Counted from the stretch's first letter, positions 16,947 to 29,599 are shown. The stretch is DNA of 55,096 bases from an uncultured Staphylococcaceae bacterium (GCA_964495145.1 CAZBUP010000001.1:1-55096), one strand, 5' to 3'. Made by a program: numbers and translations. Notes: generated by a model from the letters alone, not told the origin.

Positions 16947-16949
16947 CAA

Positions 16950-16978
16950 TTGGAAGCTTGCTCGAATATTGCTAGAAT
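16950..16978 (+). promoter_or_regulatory. Promoter with extended -10 upstream of the DUF402 gene
   Basis: -35 TTGGAA (16950-16955), a 17-nt spacer ending in TGc, and -10 TAGAAT (16973-16978). Confidence 0.55.
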
Positions 16979-16992
16979 ATCGGTGGACATTT

Positions 16993-17016
16993 GGTCGGGG
17001 CGACCCGACCTTGTTT
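16993..17016 (+). promoter_or_regulatory. GC-rich hairpin in the 5' UTR (terminator-like or stabiliser)
   Basis: GGTCGGG-GCGA-CCCGACC followed by TTGTTT. It lies between the promoter-like element and the TTG start at 17031. Confidence 0.4.
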
Positions 17017-17030
17017 AGAAACGAGTTCGT

Positions 17031-17552
17031 TTGCCGCATTGGATCAAGGTTCAAAGTTATAAGCATGACGGATCGTTGCATCGGTGTTGGGAATCCAATT
17101 TTCTGCTTGATGATAACGAGTCCTTTTTCATCACGGCCAGCACCCGGACCCGCGTGGTCGAAAGCGACGGGCGCCGCTGGTTTTCGAAAGAACCGGCCGT
17201 ATCCTTTTTCAGTAAAACCGATTGGTACAACGTCATCGCCATGATTAAGGACGGGGGCGTCATTTTCTACGTCAATTTGGCTTCGCCTACCTTGATGTCG
17301 GATGGCATGCTCCGCTACATCGACTACGATTTAGACTTCAAGCTGTTCCCCGATGGTTCCATCTTGACCCTCGACGAAGGCGAACACGAACGGCATAAGC
17401 GAAAATACCGATATCCGGATGACTTGGTCAACGTGATCGAACTGGCGACCAAAGACGTTTTGAAGCGCCTTGAAAAGCGGGTTTATCCTTTCGACGAGCG
17501 CCTAGTCAACGACCTATACCGACAATTTTTAGCGGTCCAAGACCATCAATAG
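17031..17552 (+). CDS. ntdP: DUF402 nucleoside tri/diphosphate phosphatase (YgaC/Ntdp family)
   Basis: KVQSYKHDGSLHRCW, ESDGRRWFSKEPA and YIDYDLD match B. subtilis YgaC-type proteins. The start is a TTG. Confidence 0.8.
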   Translation: MPHWIKVQSYKHDGSLHRCWESNFLLDDNESFFITASTRTRVVESDGRRWFSKEPAVSFFSKTDWYNVIAMIKDGGVIFYVNLASPTLMSDGMLRYIDYDLDFKLFPDGSILTLDEGEHERHKRKYRYPDDLVNVIELATKDVLKRLEKRVYPFDERLVNDLYRQFLAVQDHQ

Positions 17553-18461
17553 ATTGTCTAGTTGGTCAAAGACCATCTTGACTTCGCCGATGCCGGCGTC
17601 GATGCGCCGTTTTTTGTTTTCATAATTGGCGACGTCGCCGACGGCGTAGACGCCGCGCAGACTGGTTTGTTGTTGCTGGTCGACGAAGAGACCGGGGCCA
17701 AACTTATCCAATCCGAAGGTGGCGCTGACCGGAATATGCCCGTAATTGACGAAAACATAGTCGACTTCGAGTCGCTCGACGATACCGGTTTCCATGTTGG
17801 ATATGTCAAGGATGGAAGCCAAACCCCCGTCTTGGTGAACGGCGACGGGCACATAAGGTGTTTTGATGACCAGGTTCTGGATGTCGGCGACCGAGTCAAG
17901 ATTGCCGCGGAATTCCCGGCGGCGATGGATTAAAGTCACAATCGGGGTGACCCGGCTGATGGCCCGGGCCCAGTCCAAAGCGGCGTCGCCTCCCCCGAGG
18001 ATGGCGACTTTTTTATTAGCCAATAAATCCAGGTGGTGCAAGGCGTAAATGATATTGCGGCAACCCTCGGCCCCATGGCACTCTAAAAGGCGCGGCATGT
18101 AGACGCCCAAACCGGTGGCGATGATGACGGCTCGGGCTTCGTAATGGGCTTGGGACGATTCTATGACGATTCGTCCTTCCTTAGCGGCGATCGCGGTCAC
18201 TTTTTCAGACAAATGGACCTTGATGCCAGGGTCTTTATCAAATTGGGACAAGAGCCATTTGATGTAGTTCTTGGCCAAAATCGAACGATGTCCGGAGATG
18301 TCGAGGATTTCCTTTTCGGGATACAGTTCCGTCAATTGACCCCCGAGTTTGTCTTGGCTTTCCAAGAGCAGGTAATCATATCCGCGCGTGGAAGCCATCC
18401 AGGCGGCATAGAGCCCGACCGGTCCCCCGCCGATGATAATCAAGTCATGACGTTCTTTCAT
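17529..18461 (-). CDS. Ferredoxin-NADP(+) reductase, thioredoxin-reductase-like (YumC type)
   Basis: IIIGGGPVGLYAA, LGGQLTELYPEK, ILGGGDAALDWA and AVGDV motifs. The ATG at 18461 gives the canonical N-terminus MKERHDL. Confidence 0.85.
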   Translation of the reverse strand: MKERHDLIIIGGGPVGLYAAWMASTRGYDYLLLESQDKLGGQLTELYPEKEILDISGHRSILAKNYIKWLLSQFDKDPGIKVHLSEKVTAIAAKEGRIVIESSQAHYEARAVIIATGLGVYMPRLLECHGAEGCRNIIYALHHLDLLANKKVAILGGGDAALDWARAISRVTPIVTLIHRRREFRGNLDSVADIQNLVIKTPYVPVAVHQDGGLASILDISNMETGIVERLEVDYVFVNYGHIPVSATFGLDKFGPGLFVDQQQQTSLRGVYAVGDVANYENKKRRIDAGIGEVKMVFDQLDNLLMVLDR

Positions 18462-18551
18462 AGGGATGATTATAGCAATAAACGGCAAAGGGATACAAAG
18501 AAAGCCGCTTGATGAGAATTTCTCATCGTCATACCCTAACAAATGCAGTCA

Positions 18552-18560
18552 TGATAGAAT
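18552..18560 (+). promoter_or_regulatory. Extended -10 element TGATAGAAT upstream of tsaE
   Basis: It lies 16 nt upstream of the ATG at 18577, and no SD is visible. Confidence 0.4.
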
Positions 18561-18576
18561 ATCATCGTCATAAAAC

Positions 18577-19041
18577 ATGGAACGCGTCTTTATTTCTAAA
18601 AATCCCGACGTCACCACCGCCATTGGCTCGCGCTTGGCCTCTTTTCTCATTCCGGGAGCCGTTATTGCCCTATCGGGCGACCTCGGCGCCGGAAAAACCA
18701 CGCTGACCGGGGGCATCGCCCAAGGGTTGGGCGTCAAGGAACACGTCATCAGCCCGACGTTCAACATCCTGAGGGAGTATCGCTCCGGCCGAATGCCGCT
18801 CTTCCATATCGACGCTTATCGGCTCGAAGACGGCAATGCCGACATCGGCCTTGAAGAATACATCGACGACGGCGGCGTGTCGGTCGTCGAATGGCCGCAG
18901 TTCGTCGCTTCGTTCATTCCATCGGGAGCATTAAGCATTTCGATCCATGACGAAGGACCCCACACCCGGCGGCTGGTCATGAAGACCGCCAACGAACACT
19001 ATCGCCCGTATTTCGATGCTTTGGAGGAATGGCTTAGATGA
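18577..19041 (+). CDS. tsaE: tRNA t6A37 biosynthesis ATPase TsaE
   Basis: Walker A GDLGAGKTTL, length 154 aa, and the conserved tsaE-tsaB-rimI-tsaD order. Confidence 0.93.
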   Translation: MERVFISKNPDVTTAIGSRLASFLIPGAVIALSGDLGAGKTTLTGGIAQGLGVKEHVISPTFNILREYRSGRMPLFHIDAYRLEDGNADIGLEEYIDDGGVSVVEWPQFVASFIPSGALSISIHDEGPHTRRLVMKTANEHYRPYFDALEEWLR

Positions 19042-19628
19042 TCCGCCTATTGCTTGATTCATCCGGCAGCCATCTGTCCGTCGGCTTGGCCCATCAAAAC
19101 CGCGTCATCGCCACGACCCGGTATTATGCTTGGCAGCGCCAAAGCGAAAAGATGGTCCCCGAAATCGTTTCGCTATTAAAACAGTTCGGTTTTTCGTTTT
19201 TCGATCTCGAAGCCGTCATCGTTGCCGTCGGACCGGGTTCCTACACCGGGGTCCGCATCGCTTTAACCATTGCAAAAATCATCGGTTATGCCTTGAAAAT
19301 CCCAGTTTTTCCCGTTAGTTCGCTGGCCATCCTCATCTGCGGCCTCGAACCGACCATCTGCCTCATTAACGCCCGGAGCGAACGATCATACGTCGGCGTC
19401 TACCAGGGCCATCAGGTGCTTCTAAGCGACCGCGTCATGACGAATGACGAAGTCCGTGGCTATATCAAAGAACATCCGGGTTATCGCCTTGGTGGCGAAA
19501 TCGCCTATTTGAATCTCGAAGGGTCGACCAACGACCTTTTCGTCAACCTTCTCGCCTTGGCGGTGGGAATGGAACCCATCGGCGACATCCACGCCTTGAA
19601 ACCGATTTATCTCAAGGAGACGTTATGA
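19038..19628 (+). CDS. tsaB: tRNA t6A37 biosynthesis protein TsaB
   Basis: Short Kae1-like ASKHA fold (GPGSYTGVRI). It overlaps both neighbours by 4 nt. Confidence 0.9.
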   Translation: MIRLLLDSSGSHLSVGLAHQNRVIATTRYYAWQRQSEKMVPEIVSLLKQFGFSFFDLEAVIVAVGPGSYTGVRIALTIAKIIGYALKIPVFPVSSLAILICGLEPTICLINARSERSYVGVYQGHQVLLSDRVMTNDEVRGYIKEHPGYRLGGEIAYLNLEGSTNDLFVNLLALAVGMEPIGDIHALKPIYLKETL

Positions 19629-20059
19629 GAATCCGGCCGATGCGCGACAACGACCTCGCCCAAGTCCTAGACTTGGAAAACACCTCGTTTAAACAACCGT
19701 GGACTCCCGAGCATTTTCACCGGGAACTCCACGATAACCCGTATGCGCTCCTGTTCGTGGCCGAACAAGAGGGCGTGTTTCTGGGTTTTATCGACTTTTG
19801 GATCATGTTCGAACAAGCGACCGTCAACCAAATCGCCGTGGTCGGAAACTATCGCCGCCGGGGTGTCGGATCCATCCTCTTGGAAGACGCCGTCAAGCGC
19901 GCCCAAGCGGCCGGGGTGAATCAAATGAGTCTCGAGGTGCGCGTCAGCAATCAAAGCGCTTATGAATTCTACTTGCGGCACGGCTTTCAAAACCTACTCA
20001 AGAAAACACAGTATTATCAAGACGGCGAAGACGCCTATTTCATGGTGAAGCCATTATGA
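19625..20059 (+). CDS. rimI: Ribosomal-protein-alanine N-acetyltransferase
   Basis: GNAT motif A QIAVVGNYRRRGVGS, in the position between tsaB and tsaD. Confidence 0.88.
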   Translation: MRIRPMRDNDLAQVLDLENTSFKQPWTPEHFHRELHDNPYALLFVAEQEGVFLGFIDFWIMFEQATVNQIAVVGNYRRRGVGSILLEDAVKRAQAAGVNQMSLEVRVSNQSAYEFYLRHGFQNLLKKTQYYQDGEDAYFMVKPL

Positions 20060-21075
20060 GCGAACCCATCATTCTCGGCATCGAATCCAGCTGCGACGAA
20101 ACCGGGGTGGCCATCATCCAAGGCACCCGTCTTTTGTCCAATGCCGTGTCCACCCAAATCGCCATCCATCAAAAATACGGCGGGGTCATGCCCGAAATGG
20201 CTTCGCGGCTCCATACCGAGAACATCACCATGGTGCTCGAAGAAGCCTTAGCGGCCGCCAAATTGACGCTGAATGAAGTCACCGCTATCGCCGTGACCCG
20301 GGGACCCGGGTTGATCGGAGCCCTCCACGTCGGGCTTCAAGCCGCTAAAACATTGGCGGCCATATACGACAAACCATTGATTCCGGTCCATCATCTGGCC
20401 GCCCATATTTATGCCAACGAATTCGTGAAGCCGCTCATGTTCCCGCTTCTGGCCATCGTCGTCAGCGGCGGCAACACCGAATTGGTCTACATGGAAGATC
20501 ATCTGCGCTTTCAAATCATCGGGGAAACGCGCGACGACGCCGTCGGGGAATGCTACGACAAAGTCGCCCGCGTACTGGGCTTGCCTTATCCGGGCGGGCT
20601 GCCGATTGATAAATTGGCCCAAACCGGTCAGCCGACTTACAAATTGCCGCGTCCATTGCATGACCATAGCCTCGATCTCTCGTATTCGGGACTGAAGACC
20701 GCCATCATCAATTTGGTGCATCACGCCGAACAAGTCCAAGAACCGCTCGCGTTGGCCGATTTATGTGCTTCGTTCCAGCAAACGGCCATCGGCATGATCA
20801 TCGACAAGAGTCAAATGGCCATTGACCGGTATCCCGTCAAGCAAATCGTCTTGGCCGGCGGCGTCAGCGCCAATAGCCTGCTCCGCCAACGGATCAAGGA
20901 AGTGGCCGAAAGCCGTCACCTCGACGTCATCATCCCGCCGATGTGGGCTTGCACCGACAACGCCGCCATGATTGCCATGCTGGGCCGACGGCTGTATGAG
21001 CAAGGGATTATCGCCTCGCTTGACATCGGGGCCGATCCCGGGTGGTCGATCGAAAAGATCGCCGACTTCGAGTAA
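20056..21075 (+). CDS. tsaD: tRNA N6-adenosine threonylcarbamoyltransferase TsaD
   Basis: ILGIESSCDETGVAI N-terminus, a HHLAAH metal site and GGVSAN. Confidence 0.95.
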   Translation: MSEPIILGIESSCDETGVAIIQGTRLLSNAVSTQIAIHQKYGGVMPEMASRLHTENITMVLEEALAAAKLTLNEVTAIAVTRGPGLIGALHVGLQAAKTLAAIYDKPLIPVHHLAAHIYANEFVKPLMFPLLAIVVSGGNTELVYMEDHLRFQIIGETRDDAVGECYDKVARVLGLPYPGGLPIDKLAQTGQPTYKLPRPLHDHSLDLSYSGLKTAIINLVHHAEQVQEPLALADLCASFQQTAIGMIIDKSQMAIDRYPVKQIVLAGGVSANSLLRQRIKEVAESRHLDVIIPPMWACTDNAAMIAMLGRRLYEQGIIASLDIGADPGWSIEKIADFE

Positions 21076-21145
21076 TTGCCCGAAAAACCAATAAAAAAAC
21101 CAAATGATGTAATATAATGATGAATATCTTAGCGAGGATTTTCTT

Positions 21146-22534
21146 ATGGCCCTACCGATGACGATGTCGCATCTATTGGAAGCGATGCGAAACCACACCT
21201 TGAAGACAAGCACGGATGAAGACCGTTTGTCTCTTTCGGGCTGGGTGCGCACCAACCGCAACAACGGCAGTGTCGGCTTCATTGAGCTCAACGACGGCAC
21301 CGCCTTCAAAAACATCCAACTCGTTTACAACCGGGAACACAATCCCGATTTTGACGCTTTATCCAAATACGGTATCGGAACGGCCCTCGCCGTCATCGGC
21401 CGTTTGGTCTTGACTCCCGAGATGAAACAGCCGTTTGAAGTCCATGTCTTAACCCATGAATTGGTTGGGGGCTGCGCCGAGGATTATCCGCTTCAAAAGA
21501 AACGCCATAGTTTCGAATATTTGCGGGACATCGCCCATTTGCGGCCGCGCACCAACACCTTCACGGCCTTGAACCGGGTTCGCAGCGTCCTGTCGATGGC
21601 CATCCACGAATTCTTCCAAGGCCAAGGCTTCCTATACATCCATACTCCGATCATCACTGGCAACGATGCCGAGGGAGCCGGCCAAGTCTTTAAGGTCATG
21701 GTCGACGAGAAGAAGCCAAACGCTTTCTTCGGAAAGCCGGGGGTTTTGACCGTCAGCGGCCAACTCCACGTCGAGCCGTTTGCCTTAGCTTTCCGCAACG
21801 TTTATACGTTCGGGCCGACTTTCCGGGCCGAATACAGCAACACCCCGCGCCATTCCTGCGAATTTTGGATGATCGAGCCGGAAATGGCGTTTGCCGATTT
21901 ATCTGACGACATGGCCGTGATTGAAGCCTGCATCAAATATTGCATCGACTACGTGATGGCGCGCTGCCCCGACGAAATGGAGTTTTTCAACGCCATGATC
22001 GACCCGACCCTCGCTTCGCGGCTCCAAGCTCTCCTAGCGGCCTCTTTCAGCAAGATGACGTACACCGAAGCCATCGTCCGGCTGCAAGACGCGGTCAAAA
22101 ACGGCCACATATTCGAAAACTCGGCCATTGAATGGGGCATGGACCTTCAAAGCGAGCATGAACGCTATCTAACCGAAAAAATCATCAATGGTCCCTTGTT
22201 CCTGACCGATTATCCCAAAGACATCAAAGCGTTTTACATGCGTCTCAACGACGACGGTAAGACCGTGGCCGCTTGCGACTTATTGGTACCTCAGGTTGGG
22301 GAACTGGTCGGCGGTTCGCAACGGGAAGAGCGCCTTGACCTTCTGACCGCCCGCATGGAAGCCCTAGGCAACCGTGAAGGGCTTGAATGGTATTTGGACT
22401 TGCGCCGTTACGGCGGCGTGCCCCATTCGGGCTTCGGTATCGGTTTTGACCGCCTGTTGATGTATTTGACCGGCATCACCAACATCCGCGACACGCAACC
22501 TTATCCGCGCAACCCCGGATCGTTGAAATACTAG
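21146..22534 (+). CDS. asnS: Asparagine-tRNA ligase
   Basis: Class IIb motifs including FRAEYSNTPRHSCEFWMIEPEMAF and GFGIGFDRL. SD GAGGA lies 7 nt upstream. Confidence 0.93.
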   Translation: MALPMTMSHLLEAMRNHTLKTSTDEDRLSLSGWVRTNRNNGSVGFIELNDGTAFKNIQLVYNREHNPDFDALSKYGIGTALAVIGRLVLTPEMKQPFEVHVLTHELVGGCAEDYPLQKKRHSFEYLRDIAHLRPRTNTFTALNRVRSVLSMAIHEFFQGQGFLYIHTPIITGNDAEGAGQVFKVMVDEKKPNAFFGKPGVLTVSGQLHVEPFALAFRNVYTFGPTFRAEYSNTPRHSCEFWMIEPEMAFADLSDDMAVIEACIKYCIDYVMARCPDEMEFFNAMIDPTLASRLQALLAASFSKMTYTEAIVRLQDAVKNGHIFENSAIEWGMDLQSEHERYLTEKIINGPLFLTDYPKDIKAFYMRLNDDGKTVAACDLLVPQVGELVGGSQREERLDLLTARMEALGNREGLEWYLDLRRYGGVPHSGFGIGFDRLLMYLTGITNIRDTQPYPRNPGSLKY

Positions 22535-22541
22535 AGGGGCC

Positions 22542-22697
22542 ATGAGATACCATCCCGAACCGATTGAGGCTGAAACCTTGGAGCTTGAACGCCAAAAACG
22601 TTCGCAGCGGCGCATCAACGTCTTGCTGCTGATCATCGATATCGCCTTGCTGGGGCTCGTCATCTATGAACTGACGGCCCGCCTCATCGCTTTATAA
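22542..22697 (+). CDS. Candidate 51-aa tail-anchored membrane micro-protein (not in the ORF track)
   Basis: MRYHPEPIEAETLELERQKRSQRRINVLLLIIDIALLGLVIYELTARLIAL. It lies between the asnS stop and the terminator. SD-like GAGGGG sits only 2 nt from the ATG. Confidence 0.35.
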   Translation: MRYHPEPIEAETLELERQKRSQRRINVLLLIIDIALLGLVIYELTARLIAL

Positions 22698-22725
22698 AAA
22701 AAGAAGGAGCCGAAGCTCCTTTTTT
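22696..22725. terminator. Bidirectional intrinsic terminator
   Basis: A-run, then stem AAGGAGC (22704-22710), loop CGAA, stem GCTCCTT (22715-22721), then a T-run. It lies between convergent genes. Confidence 0.8.
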
Positions 22726-23366
22726 CATGGGGTGATGTTGTCGAGGGTGTTGATGGCGTCGAGGCTCTTGATGAAGATGGTCCGACTTTTGCGGTAAATG
22801 CGCCAACTGCGGGCAATGAACGCCTGAGTGGCCACCAGCAGCCACACGGCGCTAATCAGGGCGAAACTGACGGCCACGTAGTTGGGCCAAGCCGCCAAAA
22901 CGAAATGCGGAGTGTTGATGACGGCCGGCCAATCGCTTGGCAGCGTCAGCCCAAAAAAGGTTGCCGTCGGAATGTGGGCCCAGTCGAAGACGAAGAACAA
23001 AGTCCCGAAGCCGCGGCCGGCATGGCTGAACATCTCGCCCAAGATGGCGCTGTCGCCCGAAAGGGTGATGTACAAATACATGAACAAGACGTCCAATCCC
23101 AAAATCAATATGGGAAAGAAGAATTGGGCGAAGACGAGCCGGTTGTTTTTCTTGGCGGCGATGCGCCGGAAATGCTTCTCGTCTTTGATGACTTTGGTGG
23201 TGACGAGATAGCTCATGCCTTCGTCGACTTTCCGGGCTTGGAAAGCCATGATTTTCTTGATGAGCCAACCGAGCAGGCCGACCAATGCCAAAACAGCGAC
23301 CAGCAGGACGAATAAAATGATCAGTAAGCGTTGTTCTTTTTCGCTGAGGCTGATGAGCGTATGCAT
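22725..23366 (-). CDS. Membrane protein of unknown function (213 aa)
   Basis: About 5 hydrophobic segments. This is the last gene of a tightly packed three-gene minus-strand operon. Confidence 0.7.
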   Translation of the reverse strand: MHTLISLSEKEQRLLIILFVLLVAVLALVGLLGWLIKKIMAFQARKVDEGMSYLVTTKVIKDEKHFRRIAAKKNNRLVFAQFFFPILILGLDVLFMYLYITLSGDSAILGEMFSHAGRGFGTLFFVFDWAHIPTATFFGLTLPSDWPAVINTPHFVLAAWPNYVAVSFALISAVWLLVATQAFIARSWRIYRKSRTIFIKSLDAINTLDNITP

Positions 23367-23367
23367 A

Positions 23368-23604
23368 TCATTGTTCTCCGGCCGGCGTCGATTTGATCGT
23401 GCCGAGGACCTTCTTGGCTTGGATGTCTTCCGGATAATCCGAGAAGATGGTGCGCCCGGTGAAGAACAATAGAATCGATTTCAAGAACAAAAGGACGAAC
23501 ACCAGCAACCCATAAACCAAAAAAAGTCCGACGATGACGGCAATCAGGGGGCTGATGACGATGTAAAGCAGACCGGATAAGATGATTTTGAAAAATTGGA
23601 TCAT
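23368..23604 (-). CDS. Small two-TM membrane protein of unknown function (78 aa)
   Basis: Hydrophobic N-terminal 50 aa and a charged tail. Its stop lies 1 nt from the next start. Confidence 0.65.
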   Translation of the reverse strand: MIQFFKIILSGLLYIVISPLIAVIVGLFLVYGLLVFVLLFLKSILLFFTGRTIFSDYPEDIQAKKVLGTIKSTPAGEQ

Positions 23605-23624
23605 AAGGGCCTCGTGGTTTTATT

Positions 23625-24515
23625 TTATGATTTTGCCCGGCAAGAGGCAAACACTAATTGGCAATTTTTGATGCCGATGATCCCCAGCGGGGCAATCGAA
23701 ACGAGCAGCAAGGCCCGTTCGGTGCCTAAAAGCGGGTAGAAAATCGCTATCAGGAAGATCGAGGCTAAGAACCAAATCCCCGCGGCGACGAGCCAACGGA
23801 ACCGGTGTTCAACGATAAGTTCGTATAAGGCCAACTCGGCGATGAGGATGATGGGGCCAAGGAGCATGTAACTGAGGGCTGGGGAAAGCCATCCCAAAGG
23901 GATCATCGATACGGCAATCGCCAATCCGCAGCGATAAAGCCAAATGTTGGCGACCGGGCGCGTCGTGGCCGCGTCGACGAGTTTCTCGATTTCGGGGCCG
24001 ATGATCATATAGGTGATGATCGTTTGGGCCAAGCTGATCACGTATAGGAAAGTCGGCATGACGGTATCCGCTTCAGCCGATGCCCCGAGTCGAAGCAAAG
24101 TCTGGATCGAGACGATGAAATCGATTTCGAAAATGGCGTTGATCAAGACGATGGTCAAATAAAGCAGGCCCAACTGGACGAAACTCGTTACGATGATAAT
24201 GGCCCCATCGCTCATTTTGACGCGATACAAAAGCCCATAGACGAAGCCGAGTATCAAAGATGGAAACACATAGAAAATCGTGGTTTCCAACTGTTGAAGG
24301 GTGACGACGAGGCTTAAGCCAAGCGTCGCCACGAGATAAATCGGATAGAAGCGCAAATCGACGCGCAGGGCCACGAGGGCGCTTGCTAGCGGAAGGGCAA
24401 TCACCAAAAACAAACCGGCCATCGGTATGAAGGAGGCGATGAAGGCAAACAATACGTTCAAGGCAGCCATCAAGGCCATGTAGGTAATCGTTTTGGTCGG
24501 GGTGGTGGTCGTCAT
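23625..24515 (-). CDS. Polytopic membrane protein of unknown function (about 296 aa)
   Basis: About 8-9 hydrophobic segments. The ATG is at 24515, and the listed ORF start at 24521 is a TTG. Confidence 0.7.
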   Translation of the reverse strand: MTTTTPTKTITYMALMAALNVLFAFIASFIPMAGLFLVIALPLASALVALRVDLRFYPIYLVATLGLSLVVTLQQLETTIFYVFPSLILGFVYGLLYRVKMSDGAIIIVTSFVQLGLLYLTIVLINAIFEIDFIVSIQTLLRLGASAEADTVMPTFLYVISLAQTIITYMIIGPEIEKLVDAATTRPVANIWLYRCGLAIAVSMIPLGWLSPALSYMLLGPIILIAELALYELIVEHRFRWLVAAGIWFLASIFLIAIFYPLLGTERALLLVSIAPLGIIGIKNCQLVFASCRAKS

Positions 24516-24583
24516 ACTCAATATCCTATCATGATATCCCTGGCACAGAACCAGATAACCGACGACAAACCTATTAATGATTG

Positions 24584-25003
24584 ATGAAAAAAAGCGTTTT
24601 GCTGCTGGTTCTCTTTTTGATGACGCAAGATACCAAAGTCACCACTGGCACCAAAGGTTATCAGGACGTTTATCATTTGCATATCCAGTGGCAAGACGTC
24701 TTATCGCAACCTGAATCCCGGTATGAAGTGCTCGTCTATTCATTGAACTGTCCCCATTGCCTTCGATTGGAGGAAGCCATCGTAGCGCGGGCATTGACGG
24801 CCCCGACGATACCACTATTTTTCATGGCCGTCACCCGCGATTTGCCCTTTGGCGCCGTTCATGACTTGAACGAATGCGTCTGCGAAATCTCCCAAATCAA
24901 AATACCGGGATATCCATTGTTGATGGTAGTCCTCTCGGGATGCATCCAAGCCCGCGTCCTTGGCTATCGAGCCATCGTCGATCATTGCGAAAAATCCGAT
25001 TGA
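24584..25003 (+). CDS. Secreted or membrane-anchored thioredoxin-fold protein with a CPHC active site
   Basis: N-terminal signal/anchor MKKSVLLLVLFLM and a CPHC motif (YSLNCPHCLRLEE). Confidence 0.65.
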   Translation: MKKSVLLLVLFLMTQDTKVTTGTKGYQDVYHLHIQWQDVLSQPESRYEVLVYSLNCPHCLRLEEAIVARALTAPTIPLFFMAVTRDLPFGAVHDLNECVCEISQIKIPGYPLLMVVLSGCIQARVLGYRAIVDHCEKSD

Positions 25004-25018
25004 AGCTTGCGGTCGCGA

Positions 25019-25048
25019 TTGGAAAAGGCCCTTCCCGTGTGATAAAAT
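25019..25048 (+). promoter_or_regulatory. Promoter upstream of pcrA
   Basis: -35 TTGGAA, an 18-nt spacer ending in TGa, and -10 TAAAAT (25043-25048). SD GAAAGG precedes the ATG at 25081. Confidence 0.5.
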
Positions 25049-25080
25049 AATAATGCTTAATATTGCGTGAAAGGCTACCG

Positions 25081-29264
<4,184 letters not shown>

Positions 29265-29302
29265 CGATGCTATGATTGATACGACTAGATAGAGGTTCGC
29301 CG

Positions 29303-29599
29303 ATGCAAAAAATAACCCGATCACTACTTAAAAAAGCCGCGCATGGCATCATGCTGGATATGACCGAGGAGCAATACGCTCTACTCGAAAACGAATTTGA
29401 AATTTTGCTGCGGCAAATGGATTTAATCGGCAACATCGTCGGCATCGACGAGGTCGCCCCGATGACTTTTCCCTTTGAAGTGACCACCGAGGCCATGCGC
29501 GAAGACATCCCGGCCGACCCCACCTCCCAAGCAGACATCCTCATGAATGTCGGATTCGTCGAGGACCATCAGATTAAGGTCCCGAAGGTGGTTGGCTGA
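29303..29599 (+). CDS. gatC: Asp/Glu-tRNA amidotransferase subunit C
   Basis: 98 aa, SD AGAGG 7 nt upstream, and the gatCAB order. The listed ORF starts at a TTG at 29276. Confidence 0.85.
   Translation: MQKITRSLLKKAAHGIMLDMTEEQYALLENEFEILLRQMDLIGNIVGIDEVAPMTFPFEVTTEAMREDIPADPTSQADILMNVGFVEDHQIKVPKVVG

Noticed and set aside
17535-17576. A direct repeat GGTC[C/A]AAGACCATC occurs twice, 28 nt apart, at the ntdP/fnr overlap.
   Set aside because: Both copies lie inside the reductase coding sequence, encoding MVLD and MVFD. This is most simply a chance or short peptide repeat. There are only two copies and no flanking structure.
21076-21145. I looked for T-box leaders upstream of asnS, and upstream of cysS at 53596-53677.
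   Set aside because: The intergenic regions are only about 70-80 nt. That is far too short for a T-box, and no T-box sequence (AANNNGGUGGNACCGCG-like) is present.
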